Shown one piece after another: positions 1-8,176 of a stretch of DNA of 32,590 nucleotides (positions are counted from its first letter, which is position 1; each line of letters begins with the position of its first letter). Below the pieces are notes generated by a model, which was not told the DNA's origin, searched no databases, and saw nothing but the letters and a program-made list of their open reading frames with translations. This stretch comes from a virus. Lineage: Duplodnaviria; Caudoviricetes. The position numbers and the translations under genes were made by a program. Where the stretch lies: the IMG/VR virus record IMGVR_UViG_3300020043_001384, positions 1-32,590 of that record; one strand, written 5' to 3'.

Positions 1-117
1 AGAGTAAAATCTTTACCTAATTACAAATCTATTCCCGAAGGTTTTTGGTTGCTAGGTGTAAGGTCAAATGAAGACCTACCTAACGTCTTTGATGATAAGG
101 TATATCTATTTAAAGGC
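1..117. repeat. Exact inverted copy of 2356-2472 (internal part of endolysin gene); probable chimeric contig end
   Basis: Reverse complement of 1-117 equals 2356-2472 (gcctttaaatag...gattttactct). Confidence 0.95.
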
Positions 118-168
118 TCTTTCGTGTAGCCTTTTCATTTCTTTGATTTCGTTAATTCTTGTTTTCAT
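113..168 (-). repeat. Exact direct copy of 31927-31982 (5' end of the 81-aa early gene), indicating a circular/permuted genome join
   Basis: 56-nt identity aaggctctttcg...cttgttttcat; sequences diverge immediately upstream of the ATG. Confidence 0.92.
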
Positions 169-192
169 CGTTTTTGTGTTTTGATTATGAAG

Positions 193-223
193 CAAAGTAA
201 AGTAGAAGTTTTGACGTGGCAAA
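193..223 (-). promoter_or_regulatory. Early host-sigma promoter, TTTG-N19-TTACTTTG
   Basis: Near match to Bacteroidota -33/-7 consensus (TTTG-N19-21-TAnnTTTG); homologous copy at 32438-32468. Confidence 0.6.
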
Positions 224-295
224 ATTTTTTTTAACTTTTTTGTAAATAAATTCTGAAACACTTGATTTTACTAGGGTTTTAACTGCAAAAAAAAA

Positions 296-550
296 ATAGG
301 ATTCCGGAATAACATAGGGGAAATTCCTAATTAACATTACTTTATTACAGAATATTTCAGCTTTTAACCTTACTTTCTTACAATTTATTACGGCTTAAAC
401 CTTAAAAAATAGGGTTTATCTTTGCTAAGAATGTATACTTAACTATGCAATAGTGTATAAAAAACCACGAAATGTATACTTAAATATGCAAAAGCATATA
501 AAACAGACATAATGCTAAATATTATATGCAAAATCGTATAAAAAAAGGAG
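296..550. repeat. Non-coding array of three families of imperfect tandem repeats
   Basis: A: atagg..attcc..taacat x2 (296-337). B: tatt.c.gctt..aacctta x2 (353-372, 386-404). C: three ~40-nt units starting aatg with TATGCA and TATAAAA in register (430, 471, 511). Confidence 0.75.
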
Positions 551-564
551 GCTTTTACACCTCC
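540..564 (-). terminator. Rho-independent terminator at end of late/lysis operon
   Basis: Minus strand GGAGGT-gtaaaa-GCCTCC followed by T7. Confidence 0.85.
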
Positions 565-598
565 CTCTTAACCTAACTATGAAAAACAAGACATTTAA
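540..598 (-). ncRNA. Putative ~55-nt small RNA antisense to early-gene start regions
   Basis: TATATTTG -7 box at 604-611, terminator at 540-564, body CUUGUUUUUCAUAGUUA complementary to AACTATGAAAA(G)CAAG at starts 31982 and 25978. Confidence 0.45.
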
Positions 599-611
599 CT
601 TGTCAAATATA

Positions 612-1391
612 CTAATTTATTCCTGCTTTCGATTTGAATTTCAGAAATTCTTGGTAAGTTTTATTGTTAATCTGCCACTGCTTACCGCAACCTTTACGAT
701 CTGAACACTGCATTCTGTGTTGAATTGTTCCGTGTGCAGTAACTCTCATTTGTTTGTAGTTGCCTAGTCGTGAGCATTCAGGACAACAGAATTTCTCTTC
801 GCCAGTTAAAACAGCGTAGTTAACTTTTGCTTTAGTGTATGGGTTTAACTTCTGATGAACGGCCTTTAATACCTTAACATCCATTTCGCAGTATTCAACC
901 ATTTGTTTAAGTGAATCTTCACACTTCTCTAGGCAAACTTTCTTCCATAAATCCAACCCAGTAGGCAGCTTTGCACCTACACCTAGAAACTTTGCAATAT
1001 AGTCTAGTTTATTAGAGTTGAAATAGAAGCCACTTTTAGCTAGTTTAAGCGTGTCAATAGTATCATATGAATGATTCATTTGTACACCGTGGTATAAAGC
1101 ACGGGTGCGCAACCATTTGAGGTCGAACCTATCTCCGTTATGGAATACAAGTTCCGTCGCTTTGTTCATCTCTTTTACGAACTTCTTGATTAGCTTCTTG
1201 TCGCAGCGGTTTTTGTCCCACGTTAAAGAGTGCGATTCATCTGAGCCTTCCCACTCCCAAGACACGCAAATAATAGCACGCTCTTGTATAATGCTTTCAG
1301 GCGTTACCGTCATATTGAAACCTGACCTCCAAAATATTCCTATGTTCGGAGAAGTTTCAATGTCTAGGTAGAGTCGTTTTCTTGTTATCAT
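612..1391 (-). CDS. DnaQ/RNase H-like (YprB-type) 3'-5' exonuclease with C-terminal Zn ribbon
   Basis: LYLDIET, HNGDRFD, YCEMDV DEDD motifs; CPEC...C..C C-terminus. Confidence 0.85.
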   Translation of the reverse strand: MITRKRLYLDIETSPNIGIFWRSGFNMTVTPESIIQERAIICVSWEWEGSDESHSLTWDKNRCDKKLIKKFVKEMNKATELVFHNGDRFDLKWLRTRALYHGVQMNHSYDTIDTLKLAKSGFYFNSNKLDYIAKFLGVGAKLPTGLDLWKKVCLEKCEDSLKQMVEYCEMDVKVLKAVHQKLNPYTKAKVNYAVLTGEEKFCCPECSRLGNYKQMRVTAHGTIQHRMQCSDRKGCGKQWQINNKTYQEFLKFKSKAGIN

Positions 1392-1418
1392 ATAATAGCC
1401 TTTTAAATTTCGGCTAAT

Positions 1419-1940
1419 TTACGATTTTTTAAGCCAGTTAAGTGCTAAGAACAAAATAAGTAGTACAACACCCCAAACAATTAAGGCTTTAAGTTGGTTT
1501 AGTGGCGAACCTTGTTTCTTAATTCTAGCCATTCTAACGGCTTCTTTTCTGCTTTGTGATACGATATATCTATTATGCTTCAAAAGTGTCTGTAATCGCT
1601 TCCTATCGTGCTTATATTCGATTCTAGTCTGCCATTTAGTTTTAGGAACGTAGGAGGTTTTGTATTTTATGATAGTGTCGTGCTTTGTAATATAGTACCG
1701 CCAAACGATAGTGTCATTTTGTAAGATAGGGAATGAATCTATTTTTTCTATAGTGATAGTGTCAGAAGTAGTGTCGCATCTGTAACCATACTTAACTGCC
1801 TTTTTGTAGTGCTTCTGCGCTAGTCTAGCATCTGAACAAGACTGCAAACTAAATACCCACATTAAAAGGATAAATGAAAGTAGCCACATAAAGCCGACTA
1901 CTAGCATATGTCTAAAGTCTACCTTCATTTTAAAACTCAT
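1419..1940 (-). CDS. Putative unimolecular spanin (lipoprotein with C-terminal TM helix)
   Basis: Hydrophobic N-terminus ending in lipobox-like LQSC; C-terminal TM LIVWGVVLLILFLAL; directly after endolysin. Confidence 0.6.
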   Translation of the reverse strand: MSFKMKVDFRHMLVVGFMWLLSFILLMWVFSLQSCSDARLAQKHYKKAVKYGYRCDTTSDTITIEKIDSFPILQNDTIVWRYYITKHDTIIKYKTSYVPKTKWQTRIEYKHDRKRLQTLLKHNRYIVSQSRKEAVRMARIKKQGSPLNQLKALIVWGVVLLILFLALNWLKKS

Positions 1941-2514
1941 TTAATAGACAATAAGAAACCTTAACACCTGAAGGTATTAACTCCATTATCTTTCTATACT
2001 TATCCATATTGTTCACCACTTGACAGCCTGCACTCCATCCATTTATAAGCGTGCCTGTAGTCTTTGCATTTATGTCTCTTGTATTAGGATGGAAGTTTAT
2101 ACCGAAATAGCCCTCTTGTACAAGATCGGTATGTTCTGACTTTTCGTCTTTGTCTCCATCTCTATAAACTCTTACTTTGTTTCCTGTCTGAACAAGTGCC
2201 GTGGTTTTACCTAGATGTTTACCCTTTAGCCATATATTGTGATGCCATTCATCTGCAACTAGAACGGCTGCACCTTTAGCGTTGAAGTTCTCGTATTTTT
2301 TTAGTACAGTTGTTCCCGGGTTCGTAGTACAACTTGAAACCAAAATAAACTCTTCGCCTTTAAATAGATATACCTTATCATCAAAGACGTTAGGTAGGTC
2401 TTCATTTGACCTTACACCTAGCAACCAAAAACCTTCGGGAATAGATTTGTAATTAGGTAAAGATTTTACTCTTGACAGGAGTTGGTCTGAGGTGTAGTTT
2501 TTTACTGAACTCAT
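1930..2514 (-). CDS. Putative endolysin, L,D-transpeptidase/YkuD-like Cys-His peptidase
   Basis: GINFH...WSAGCQV motif; lies between holin-like and spanin-like genes. Confidence 0.65.
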   Translation of the reverse strand: MSSVKNYTSDQLLSRVKSLPNYKSIPEGFWLLGVRSNEDLPNVFDDKVYLFKGEEFILVSSCTTNPGTTVLKKYENFNAKGAAVLVADEWHHNIWLKGKHLGKTTALVQTGNKVRVYRDGDKDEKSEHTDLVQEGYFGINFHPNTRDINAKTTGTLINGWSAGCQVVNNMDKYRKIMELIPSGVKVSYCLLNEF

Positions 2515-2762
2515 ATACTTGGTTTTACTTTTTTACTGAATGCATCCGCTATCTTTATTCCACTAGCTAGACCTACAAAAGCAAAGAATACCTCACCATT
2601 GAATCCGTGAAGTATAAAGTCTACCCATCCATAAAGTAAGGTAGATGCCGAAAAGACGAACATTGTAATTAACGTAGAGGAGTATTTTCCGTCACGCTTG
2701 AATGTATCGTTTAATACGTTTCCTATTAAATGGTAAAATGCCGACGTTTTGCTCTCTGACAT
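2511..2762 (-). CDS. Putative holin (2 TM)
   Basis: Two hydrophobic helices, basic C-terminus, overlaps endolysin start. Confidence 0.6.
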   Translation of the reverse strand: MSESKTSAFYHLIGNVLNDTFKRDGKYSSTLITMFVFSASTLLYGWVDFILHGFNGEVFFAFVGLASGIKIADAFSKKVKPSI

Positions 2763-2928
2763 AGGCTTGTTTTCTAGCTGATGAATTAATAACTCTCATT
2801 GTGTAGCAGTTGTATAGCTTATCTTCTACGGTGTTTAGTCTTGATTCGTTTCGAATATATAAAATAACTATAATGGCTGTTATTCCGTGCTTCTTAATTG
2901 CGTCAAGTATTTGTGTCAAGTCCATCAA
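2692..2928 (-). CDS. Small membrane protein (holin/antiholin-like)
   Basis: Single TM GITAIIVILYI then coiled segment; in lysis cassette; coupled to upstream gene. Confidence 0.5.
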   Translation of the reverse strand: MMDLTQILDAIKKHGITAIIVILYIRNESRLNTVEDKLYNCYTMRVINSSARKQAYVREQNVGILPFNRKRIKRYIQA

Positions 2929-3371
2929 CTAATCTGTTTAAAAGGTATTTCGCATTCTGTATGACCTTCTACCTCAAAAGTAAAAGCACCAACCCACCCT
3001 GCTACATAGTCAAGGTCATAGTTGTTTAAAGGTGTAAAACTTGGCTCTGTAATTACGTCTATAGTCAAGTCAGTACCATCGTGAAAGTATAAATACATAT
3101 CTCTCAGGATCAAGTGGCAATCTGAAAGGATAGTGTTTAAGTTCGCTCTGTCTTTTTGGATAATGTCAACACAATAAACATTAACAGAAAACTGAGTTAA
3201 CTCCAAACCGTCTACACTACTGACAGGTTCTACAAAGATAATCGGATATTTTTCGTTTTGCGTAGCGAAATTTGGCATCTGCTCTTTAAACTCACCGCCA
3301 AACTTTTGTATCTGTATATGATTGTTACAGAATAGTTCTATCTTATCTAATAACTGAATGTAGCTTGTCAT
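2925..3371 (-). CDS. Putative tail terminator/tail completion protein
   Basis: 148 aa, acidic, KYPIIFV and VAGW motifs typical of this class; adjacent to tape measure. Confidence 0.55.
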   Translation of the reverse strand: MTSYIQLLDKIELFCNNHIQIQKFGGEFKEQMPNFATQNEKYPIIFVEPVSSVDGLELTQFSVNVYCVDIIQKDRANLNTILSDCHLILRDMYLYFHDGTDLTIDVITEPSFTPLNNYDLDYVAGWVGAFTFEVEGHTECEIPFKQIS

Positions 3372-5311
3372 AGTTCTGCCATTGTTTTGAATTTGTTAGC
3401 TTGATTCTGAGCATTCGTTATGTCACTTTCTACTACTACTGCCTTGACAACCATTTCACCGCCTCCGTTAGCCTCTTGAGATGGTGTAGAACTAAGGTTA
3501 TTAGCGTTATTATTCTGACCGAACAGCGAAACATTAGGAGTTGCAGCCTGAGTTGATGTAGCAGAAGGTGCTGAAGGTGCGCCACCGCTAACAGAACCGC
3601 CAAGCGGAGGGGCTTTCTTTAGTGCAGCATATGCGGACGCAACCGCACTTAATACCGTTCCAATACCGGATGCAATATATCCTGCAATCAAGAAAGGTGC
3701 AGCAGGACCACCCGCAGCAGCAGCAGCCGTAGCACCCGCGATTACAGATGAAATAGCTTTAGCCGTGTCCGTTGCAATCTGAACAAGTGCAATAGTCTTT
3801 TGAAGTCCTGCCGTCTTAACCCCTGCCTGTGCAAGTAGCTGCTCAAGTCCTTGCAATCCTTTAACCAAGTCAGCACCTAGATTCAAACGTGCTTCTTTAA
3901 ATGCTTTTTCTTGGGCTAGTCTGTCAGCGTTTTCTTTTTCTCGCCTTGCTTTTTCAGCGGCAGCAGCCTCTTCGTTACGGGCCAAAAACTCAGCACGCTC
4001 AGCCTCTTCCCTTTCTTTTCTTGCAGCTTTGTCAGCTTCTAATATAGCGTTAGCCTCTTCAAGCTGCTTTTGATTTATAGCGTTTGCATCTTCAAACTCT
4101 TGCTGTTTAAGGAGTTCTATTAGCTTTATCTTTTCAGAACTTAGTAACTTCTCATTTGCTAAAGTGTCCTCAATTAGACGTTTATATTTTAGCTTATTTG
4201 CAGCGAGCTCCTTCTCTGCTCCATCATCCATTAATTCAATTTGCATATCTTCAATGGAGCGAAGTGCAGCAAGTCTTTCTTTAGCTTCTTCTTCTTGGGC
4301 TTTTTTAGAGTTTTCCCAAACTTTCTTTCTGTTTTCTTCGACTTTCTTAGCGTTCTCTTCTACTTTCTTTTTGTTCTCTTCTCGTAACGCTTCGAAGTCT
4401 TGTCCTGCTTCTCTGAGTGCTTTCTTTTGTTCGCTTAATGAATCCTTAAGTTTCTTTAAATCTTCATCTTCAAGGTCTCCTAATCTTTCGTGTATCTTTA
4501 TCTGCTTAGATAATTCATCTATACGAACCTGAGTAGTCTCAATTATATACTTCTGCTTTTGAGCCTCTGCGATTGCTACGTCTTTTCCTTGAATCTTAGC
4601 GAGTCTAATCTCGTGATCCATAGCATCAATCTTGCTTTCGCTAGTTTTTTCTAATGCCGCTAAAGTATCTTCACTCGCTTTGATTTGTCGTGCAGCAGAT
4701 TCTTCAGCAGCGTGTGCTGTAAGACCTAGCCAGTCCGTAAGCATCTTGAACCCTTCCACTACGGCATCAATAATTACCATTATAGCTTTAAATACCTTAC
4801 CGATAGCATCTAAAATCGGCTTAAGTATTCCTAGCTTATTCATTAGTAGAACAATGATAGCTACGATAGCAGCAATAGCAGCAGCAATTAGGAATATAGG
4901 GTTTGTAAGTAGGGATAGGCCTACCGACATAAACGCTTTGCCAACTTGAACTACTACAGTACCAAGCCCTTTTAAAGACTTCGCAATTACATCTCCGTTA
5001 ATTCCTTTGGCAGCAGAAGCAAATAACTTAGAACTTTCCGCAGCACCTTCAAAGTCAAGTGACATCAACTGACTACCCATTAAGCCTAAAGCGTTGTTAG
5101 TCTGCTCAAATGGCGAACCCGAAGCAAAGACCGCTACTCTTTCGTTAGCATCTTTTAATTGGTCAGATAATTCCCCTGCCTTAGCAGCAAGTTCCGCCAT
5201 TTGTTTAGGGTCAGTAGCCGAAGCAAGTTCTCCTTTAAGTTCTCGGAGTTCTTTCTTAATTTGGGCTATGCCGTTAACCTTTAACTCTATCGTAGATGTG
5301 TTCCCTGCCAT
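3368..5311 (-). CDS. Tape measure protein
   Basis: 647 aa Ala/Glu/Lys-rich helical protein with TNPIFLIAAAIAAIVA hydrophobic segment. Confidence 0.8.
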   Translation of the reverse strand: MAGNTSTIELKVNGIAQIKKELRELKGELASATDPKQMAELAAKAGELSDQLKDANERVAVFASGSPFEQTNNALGLMGSQLMSLDFEGAAESSKLFASAAKGINGDVIAKSLKGLGTVVVQVGKAFMSVGLSLLTNPIFLIAAAIAAIVAIIVLLMNKLGILKPILDAIGKVFKAIMVIIDAVVEGFKMLTDWLGLTAHAAEESAARQIKASEDTLAALEKTSESKIDAMDHEIRLAKIQGKDVAIAEAQKQKYIIETTQVRIDELSKQIKIHERLGDLEDEDLKKLKDSLSEQKKALREAGQDFEALREENKKKVEENAKKVEENRKKVWENSKKAQEEEAKERLAALRSIEDMQIELMDDGAEKELAANKLKYKRLIEDTLANEKLLSSEKIKLIELLKQQEFEDANAINQKQLEEANAILEADKAARKEREEAERAEFLARNEEAAAAEKARREKENADRLAQEKAFKEARLNLGADLVKGLQGLEQLLAQAGVKTAGLQKTIALVQIATDTAKAISSVIAGATAAAAAGGPAAPFLIAGYIASGIGTVLSAVASAYAALKKAPPLGGSVSGGAPSAPSATSTQAATPNVSLFGQNNNANNLSSTPSQEANGGGEMVVKAVVVESDITNAQNQANKFKTMAEL

Positions 5312-5826
5312 TAGATAACCATCATTGTATTATCGTAGTTTCCTGAACCTGTGCAATCGTCAACAGGCTTAATGTCTGAGTCCGTGTTTAGGGTGCTTGT
5401 GAACTGAGGGAATAGGTCTTTATTCTCTAGAATGTAGTTAATTAAACGCTTCTCAAAGAATGCAGCCATTTGTCCGTAGTGATCCATAACAAAAGCTACC
5501 TCTCCTTGACTTACATTCTGAGAGTAGTCTCCGAACTGAACTTGTACCCCCTTGTTTTTAAGTTGGTAGGATAAACCGAACGCTGCATTTTCTGCTGCCC
5601 TCCACGCTACTACTGGCTGTATCTTTTCTACTAGCGTCTCCTCGTCATTATTTAAGGTTTGAGCGTTGTACTCAGCTAGTAAATAATTATAAAAGTAACT
5701 ACCTAGAATACTCTGAACTCTCATATCTGAACTAGGTCTGATATAAGGCACAACGTCCTTAACGTCTACGTTAGCAGTTATAGGAGTGTTATTTTTTAGA
5801 TAGGTTTCTGTGACAAAGTATATCAT
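5311..5826 (-). CDS. Putative head-tail adaptor
   Basis: 171 aa helical protein directly after portal. Confidence 0.55.
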   Translation of the reverse strand: MIYFVTETYLKNNTPITANVDVKDVVPYIRPSSDMRVQSILGSYFYNYLLAEYNAQTLNNDEETLVEKIQPVVAWRAAENAAFGLSYQLKNKGVQVQFGDYSQNVSQGEVAFVMDHYGQMAAFFEKRLINYILENKDLFPQFTSTLNTDSDIKPVDDCTGSGNYDNTMMVI

Positions 5827-7142
5827 AGCTGTGGAGTATTTTGAGCCTGTGCCTGTGAATTAGTAACGTCTCCACCTTCGACAGGAGGCAGACCTGCTAA
5901 CTGACGAACCTCGTTAATAGTCATCATTTCAAGAACCTTTGTAGCAACAAGCGGAGACATAGAGTTAAGCGCATCCATTGTAGCAGAACCTTCGTCTTCT
6001 ACTACCGTGATAGTCTCATTGATAATCTGATAGTTAGTAATATCTATCTTCGTGTCAATATCTGCTATCTTTAAAATGCCATTCATTATATCCGTAACCG
6101 ACTCACGAAGTGGAGACACTACATTCTTTTCAAAAATAACATAAGCCTGTTTAATGTCTGAGCCACTACCCAAAGAACCAGTAGTACGAACCCCCAAAAG
6201 GATAGGGTCAATAGTGTGAGCAAAGCATATCTGTTCTGTGATTAGTTCAGAAGTGCTTTTAAATAACTCATCATTTGAATTAGTCGGTACGTTTACCAGT
6301 TCAGGTAGGCTCTCTTTATTGTTAGCGAAGAAAGCCACCGCTTTGCCTGCGTTCTCTGCTCCTTTTAACTTGTTAACCGTATCACGTATTAACTGCATCT
6401 CCTCTTTTCCCTGTGGTTTTTTCGGGAACATCATAGCGAAAGAAGGGAAGATAGAGTTTTGTATTGAGGCCTTCTGCAAATATGACATTTCGCCTGACAA
6501 GAAAGCGAAGTTTAAAGCAGAAGTGTACTGAGGTATTGGATAAATGTCTTGACCTACAGACTCTAGTTCGTAGATGTAAAGGTATTCTCCATCTGTACAA
6601 TTAGGATGGTAAGGAGTTAATGACTTAATGTTACCTGAATACTGCCAATCGTCATTAACAGAGTAGATAGTTTTGTCTTTATTCGTTCGAACCTTTTCAG
6701 CACCTACTCTTTTTATCTTAGTAAGTTGCTTATTCTTTAGAGTCAGTATGAAATAAACTCTTTCGTGCAGGATCAAGTCCTTAGTGATAGCGTTAAGAGT
6801 CTTCTTAATTCCTATCTTCTTTGTGAAAGCGAACAGGTTAACCTTGTCTTTTGCAGTTAGTTTGGTTTCATCAAAAGAATATCCTCCACCTACTACAGCA
6901 TTGGTCTTATAGTTCACTATTGCTCCGTGTAACGGAGAAGAATAGTAAAGCTGATTCCATAACTGAGGTGCTAAGTTGTCCTCACCAAAAGGAACGTAGC
7001 CTCTATTTTGATAACGTGAATCAATGTAAGGTAGCGACAAGTTTCCGCCAGGTACTTTCAAGAATGGAGTAGAGAAAGACTGATAGCCTTCTACTTCTAC
7101 TTGAGGTGCATCCTCTTTTTTAAATTTTCCAAATAAACCCAT
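5823..7142 (-). CDS. Portal protein
   Basis: 439 aa; FGEDN, SPLHGAI, GAENAGK, HTIDPILLG, MTINEVRQLAGLPP motifs of phage portals. Confidence 0.88.
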   Translation of the reverse strand: MGLFGKFKKEDAPQVEVEGYQSFSTPFLKVPGGNLSLPYIDSRYQNRGYVPFGEDNLAPQLWNQLYYSSPLHGAIVNYKTNAVVGGGYSFDETKLTAKDKVNLFAFTKKIGIKKTLNAITKDLILHERVYFILTLKNKQLTKIKRVGAEKVRTNKDKTIYSVNDDWQYSGNIKSLTPYHPNCTDGEYLYIYELESVGQDIYPIPQYTSALNFAFLSGEMSYLQKASIQNSIFPSFAMMFPKKPQGKEEMQLIRDTVNKLKGAENAGKAVAFFANNKESLPELVNVPTNSNDELFKSTSELITEQICFAHTIDPILLGVRTTGSLGSGSDIKQAYVIFEKNVVSPLRESVTDIMNGILKIADIDTKIDITNYQIINETITVVEDEGSATMDALNSMSPLVATKVLEMMTINEVRQLAGLPPVEGGDVTNSQAQAQNTPQL

Positions 7143-7489
7143 TAGTCATATATTGTATTACCATCCCCTTCTACTACCATTCTACCCTCTTCTATTTTAT
7201 TTAGTCCTGTTTCGTCCGTGTTTTCGTCAACTATTATATCTATCGGACTTTCGTAAACTTCATATCTGTATTGACCTTGTCTAAAGTCTACGTCGATAGG
7301 CTCGTTTAAATAAAACAAATTATACCGGTCAGGATATAGAGAATAGTCAGTGCCTACCCAATAAGCAGAAGGTAGGTCTTCGTTATATTCCCACACGAAC
7401 TTAAACAAGAAATAAGGGTTGCTTATCGTTGTGCTTTCTGTCAACGTAAGAGCGAACTCGTTTGTGTTATTCTTGGTAATGTAAATCAT
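7142..7489 (-). CDS. Virion structural protein (head closure/neck candidate)
   Basis: 115 aa beta-rich, GQYRYEVYE...IEEG; first gene after a late promoter. Confidence 0.5.
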   Translation of the reverse strand: MIYITKNNTNEFALTLTESTTISNPYFLFKFVWEYNEDLPSAYWVGTDYSLYPDRYNLFYLNEPIDVDFRQGQYRYEVYESPIDIIVDENTDETGLNKIEEGRMVVEGDGNTIYD

Positions 7490-7495
7490 TTGATT

Positions 7496-7522
7496 TAATT
7501 GTATTAAATAAACGGATTTGTT
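7496..7522 (-). promoter_or_regulatory. Late promoter AACAAA-N13-TACAATTA (copy 1)
   Basis: Same boxes and spacing as 10060-10086 and 18977-19003; immediately downstream of a terminator. Confidence 0.8.
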
Positions 7523-7530
7523 TACTAAAC

Positions 7531-7559
7531 AAAAAAAGGGCAGCCGTTAAGCCACCCTT
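7531..7559 (-). terminator. Rho-independent terminator after tail tube gene
   Basis: AAGGGTGGC-ttaacg-GCTGCCCTT plus T-tract on minus strand (G-U pairs only on minus). Confidence 0.85.
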
Positions 7560-7578
7560 CCCAACCAGGTTAAGTTGA

Positions 7579-8100
7579 TTAAGAGATAGGAGTAGTCAAT
7601 CCTGCGATGATTGCAGAATCAACCTCGTAAGCTAGATGCTCAGACTCAGCAACAAAAGTAACTGAGTATTTAGAACCATCAGCCTTAGCCGTTCCCGAAC
7701 CTTCAGCAACCGCAGAAAGTTGAGCGTTTTCAAAGTACCAATACTTTCCGTTCGCATCTCCTACTACTAGAGCCAAATCTCTTTGGCCTTCGCCAAGGAT
7801 TTTGATAGCCTTAGATTTAGATGCTTCTCTTCTGTGGAACATTAGAGTAATTGTCTGAGTGTAGAACTGCGACCCGTTGATAAAGTCGTTAGCTAGTTCT
7901 TCTGTAAAGTTTCCTGTGTTTCTACGGAACTCAAAAGATACGAACTCATCTACTAACGTACCGAAAGAAGTTACCTCCCAGTTGTTAGTATCTACGGTAA
8001 CCGTACCAAGATTATCCATATCGTTGATAAGGATAGAAGTGATACCGCCCATATTGTTATCGCAGCCTTTGAGGATTGTAGTTAATGTAGTACAAGCCAT
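7579..8100 (-). CDS. Major tail (tube) protein
   Basis: 173 aa; MAC...C...GGI N-terminus, DANGKYW and SGTAKADGSKYSVTF motifs; follows capsid. Confidence 0.7.
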   Translation of the reverse strand: MACTTLTTILKGCDNNMGGITSILINDMDNLGTVTVDTNNWEVTSFGTLVDEFVSFEFRRNTGNFTEELANDFINGSQFYTQTITLMFHRREASKSKAIKILGEGQRDLALVVGDANGKYWYFENAQLSAVAEGSGTAKADGSKYSVTFVAESEHLAYEVDSAIIAGLTTPIS

Positions 8101-8124
8101 TTTTTTTCTGTGTTTAAATGTTAT

Positions 8125-8155
8125 AAAAAAGGGAGGGAAGTAGAACCGCCCTCCC
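8125..8155 (-). terminator. Rho-independent terminator after major capsid gene
   Basis: GGGAGGG/CCCTCCC stem plus T6 on minus strand. Confidence 0.8.
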
Positions 8156-8176
8156 CGCCTTTAATTAGTAGTCAGA

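Noticed and set aside
430-550. Mini CRISPR array
   Set aside because: Units are contiguous degenerate repeats without unique spacers of consistent length; no cas genes.
1-2472. Invertible segment bounded by 117-bp inverted repeats
   Set aside because: No recombinase; the repeat is mid-gene, at the contig edge and joined by 5-nt microhomology, consistent with a chimera.
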